Source: Hypanus sabinus (lineage: Eukaryota). From it: a stretch of 64,000 nt of DNA. The translations under genes were made by a program, and so were the position numbers. Shown here one piece after another: positions 62,520 through 64,000 of this stretch. Where the stretch lies: contig NC_082714.1 of the NCBI RefSeq assembly GCF_030144855.1, forward strand, positions 96,038,001 to 96,102,000, in the 5' to 3' direction. How positions within the stretch are numbered: position 1 is the stretch's first letter; each line of letters starts with the position of its first letter. The notes beneath the pieces were generated by a model. It was not told the origin of the DNA, searched no databases, and saw only the letters and a program-made list of their open reading frames with translations.

Positions 62520-63380
62520 TCGCTCTGAGGAAGTATAGAGGCAACAGATGGACTTAGACAGATTAGAGGAGTCGGCAAAGAAGGAATACATTATCGTGCA
62601 CTTTGGTAGAATAAATAAAAGGGGAGATTACTTTCTAAATTGAAAGAAAATTTCAGAATGCGAGGTGCAAAGCGACTTGGGAGTCCTTGTAGACGATTTC
62701 GTAAATATTAATTTGCAGGTCGAGTCACTGGTGAGGAAGATAATTGTGATGATTGCATCCATCTCAGGAAGACCAGAACATAACAGCAAGGATCTAATAT
62801 TCAGGCTCGATAAAGCACTGGTAAGGCCTCACTTGGCTGTGAATAGTTTTGACCCCTTTTTCTAAGAAAGAGTGGGTAGGGTACTTTGGAGAGGGTACTT
62901 AGGGGCTTCGCGAAAATGATGCCGGGATTGAAAGCTTTCTCTTACAAAGAGCGTTTAATGGCTCTGGGCCTGTACTCACTGGAAATTAGAAGAATAAGGG
63001 GTGACCTCATTGAACCGTATCGACAGTTTAAAAGCCTCGATAGAGTGGATGAGGAGAGGACATTCCCTACGTGGGTGAGTCTAAGACCACAGAAGACAGC
63101 CTCAGAATAGAGAGGCGTCCTTTCAGAACAGAGCCGAGGAGGAATTACTTCAGCAAGAGTGGTGAATCATTGACACTCGTTCGGACAGACGTCTGTGGAG
63201 GCCAAGTCATTAGGTATACTTAAGGCAGAAGTTGACAAATTTTTGATTAGTCAGGGCATGAAGGGTTATGGGGAGAAGGCAGGACACTGGGGCTGAGAGG
63301 GAAAATTGACCAGTCATGATGAAATGTCGTAGGAGACTCGATGGGTCAAATTGACTAATTCTGCTCCTATATCTTATGGT
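62520..63380 (+). mobile_element. Degraded CR1 3' fragment
   Basis: QSDLGVLV, ALVRPHL and RIRGDLIE remnants plus 3'UTR. Confidence 0.75.
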
Positions 63381-64000
63381 AATATTCTTACCATATTCTA
63401 CATGTCATTCGTCATCTCTTCAAAAATCGTTTCCCCGACACAATTTCCCACGCACAAACCGATGATGACTATCCCTAATCACTGTTTGCCTTTTTAAGGG
63501 CTGATGGACCCTTAGAATATCCTCCAATAACTCGTCTTTACTGGACTTAAGGTCGCAGGCTTCTAGTTCTATGGCTCTTTCCTACAGCACTTTAAAAAAA
63601 GCCAAAACTTTAGCCACACACTTATCTTTTGGTACCTCACCCTTGGGTAGTTATGTTGGAAGACATGTGGGACAAGATGACGGCGAAGACAAGTTGCCAG
63701 AAAGGATACGTGACCTTGGTAGCGAGGTTGGGTGAGCACATGGTCGAAAACGACGGAGGGCAACAGAGATTACAAAGAGTGAGTTGAGAGAAAGAGAGAG
63801 AGAGTAGGCATACCTCAAAATGACTTGCGGCGCAGCAATAGATCACAAATACATATTCAGCAAATATCACCCACTATATATATGCCGATCAACCATGATG
63901 CCAATCTAAATTGATCCCGTCAATCTGCAAATGGCCAATATCCCCGCATTTAGAATCAGAATAACAATCAGAGTTATAATCAGTTTTATTATCACTGACA

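Overview
Repeat-dense vertebrate DNA, almost certainly from a cartilaginous fish (a ray/skate is likely; inferred from the Ig light-chain type and its germline-joined state). Most of the window is CR1 and L1 LINEs, with SINEs, a solo LTR, nested DNA-transposon remnants (Tigger/pogo, hAT, probable Chapaev) and the 3' half of a class I endogenous retrovirus whose env is split by a young CR1. Host-gene content: (1) an Ig light-chain cluster L-VJ-C at 44166-46106 of the sigma-cart (type I/NS5) kind. V and J are joined with no RSS between them, and the spliced leader is out of frame with V, so this copy looks like a pseudogene. (2) The window opens in a diverged paralogue of that cluster's 3' flank, which implies another IgL C exon just upstream and a tandem array with about 46 kb spacing. 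(3) A decayed non-rearranging antigen-receptor-like gene, missed by the ORF track, lies between the two clusters at about 13.1-15.6 kb: V exon with J-like strand, C1 exon, possible TM, possible ITSM tail. This is the best candidate for an undescribed system. A second, weaker Ig-like exon set lies on the minus strand at about 29.6-31.7 kb. No rRNA, tRNA genes or CRISPR were found. All alignments were done by eye. TE boundaries without a stated TSD are approximate.
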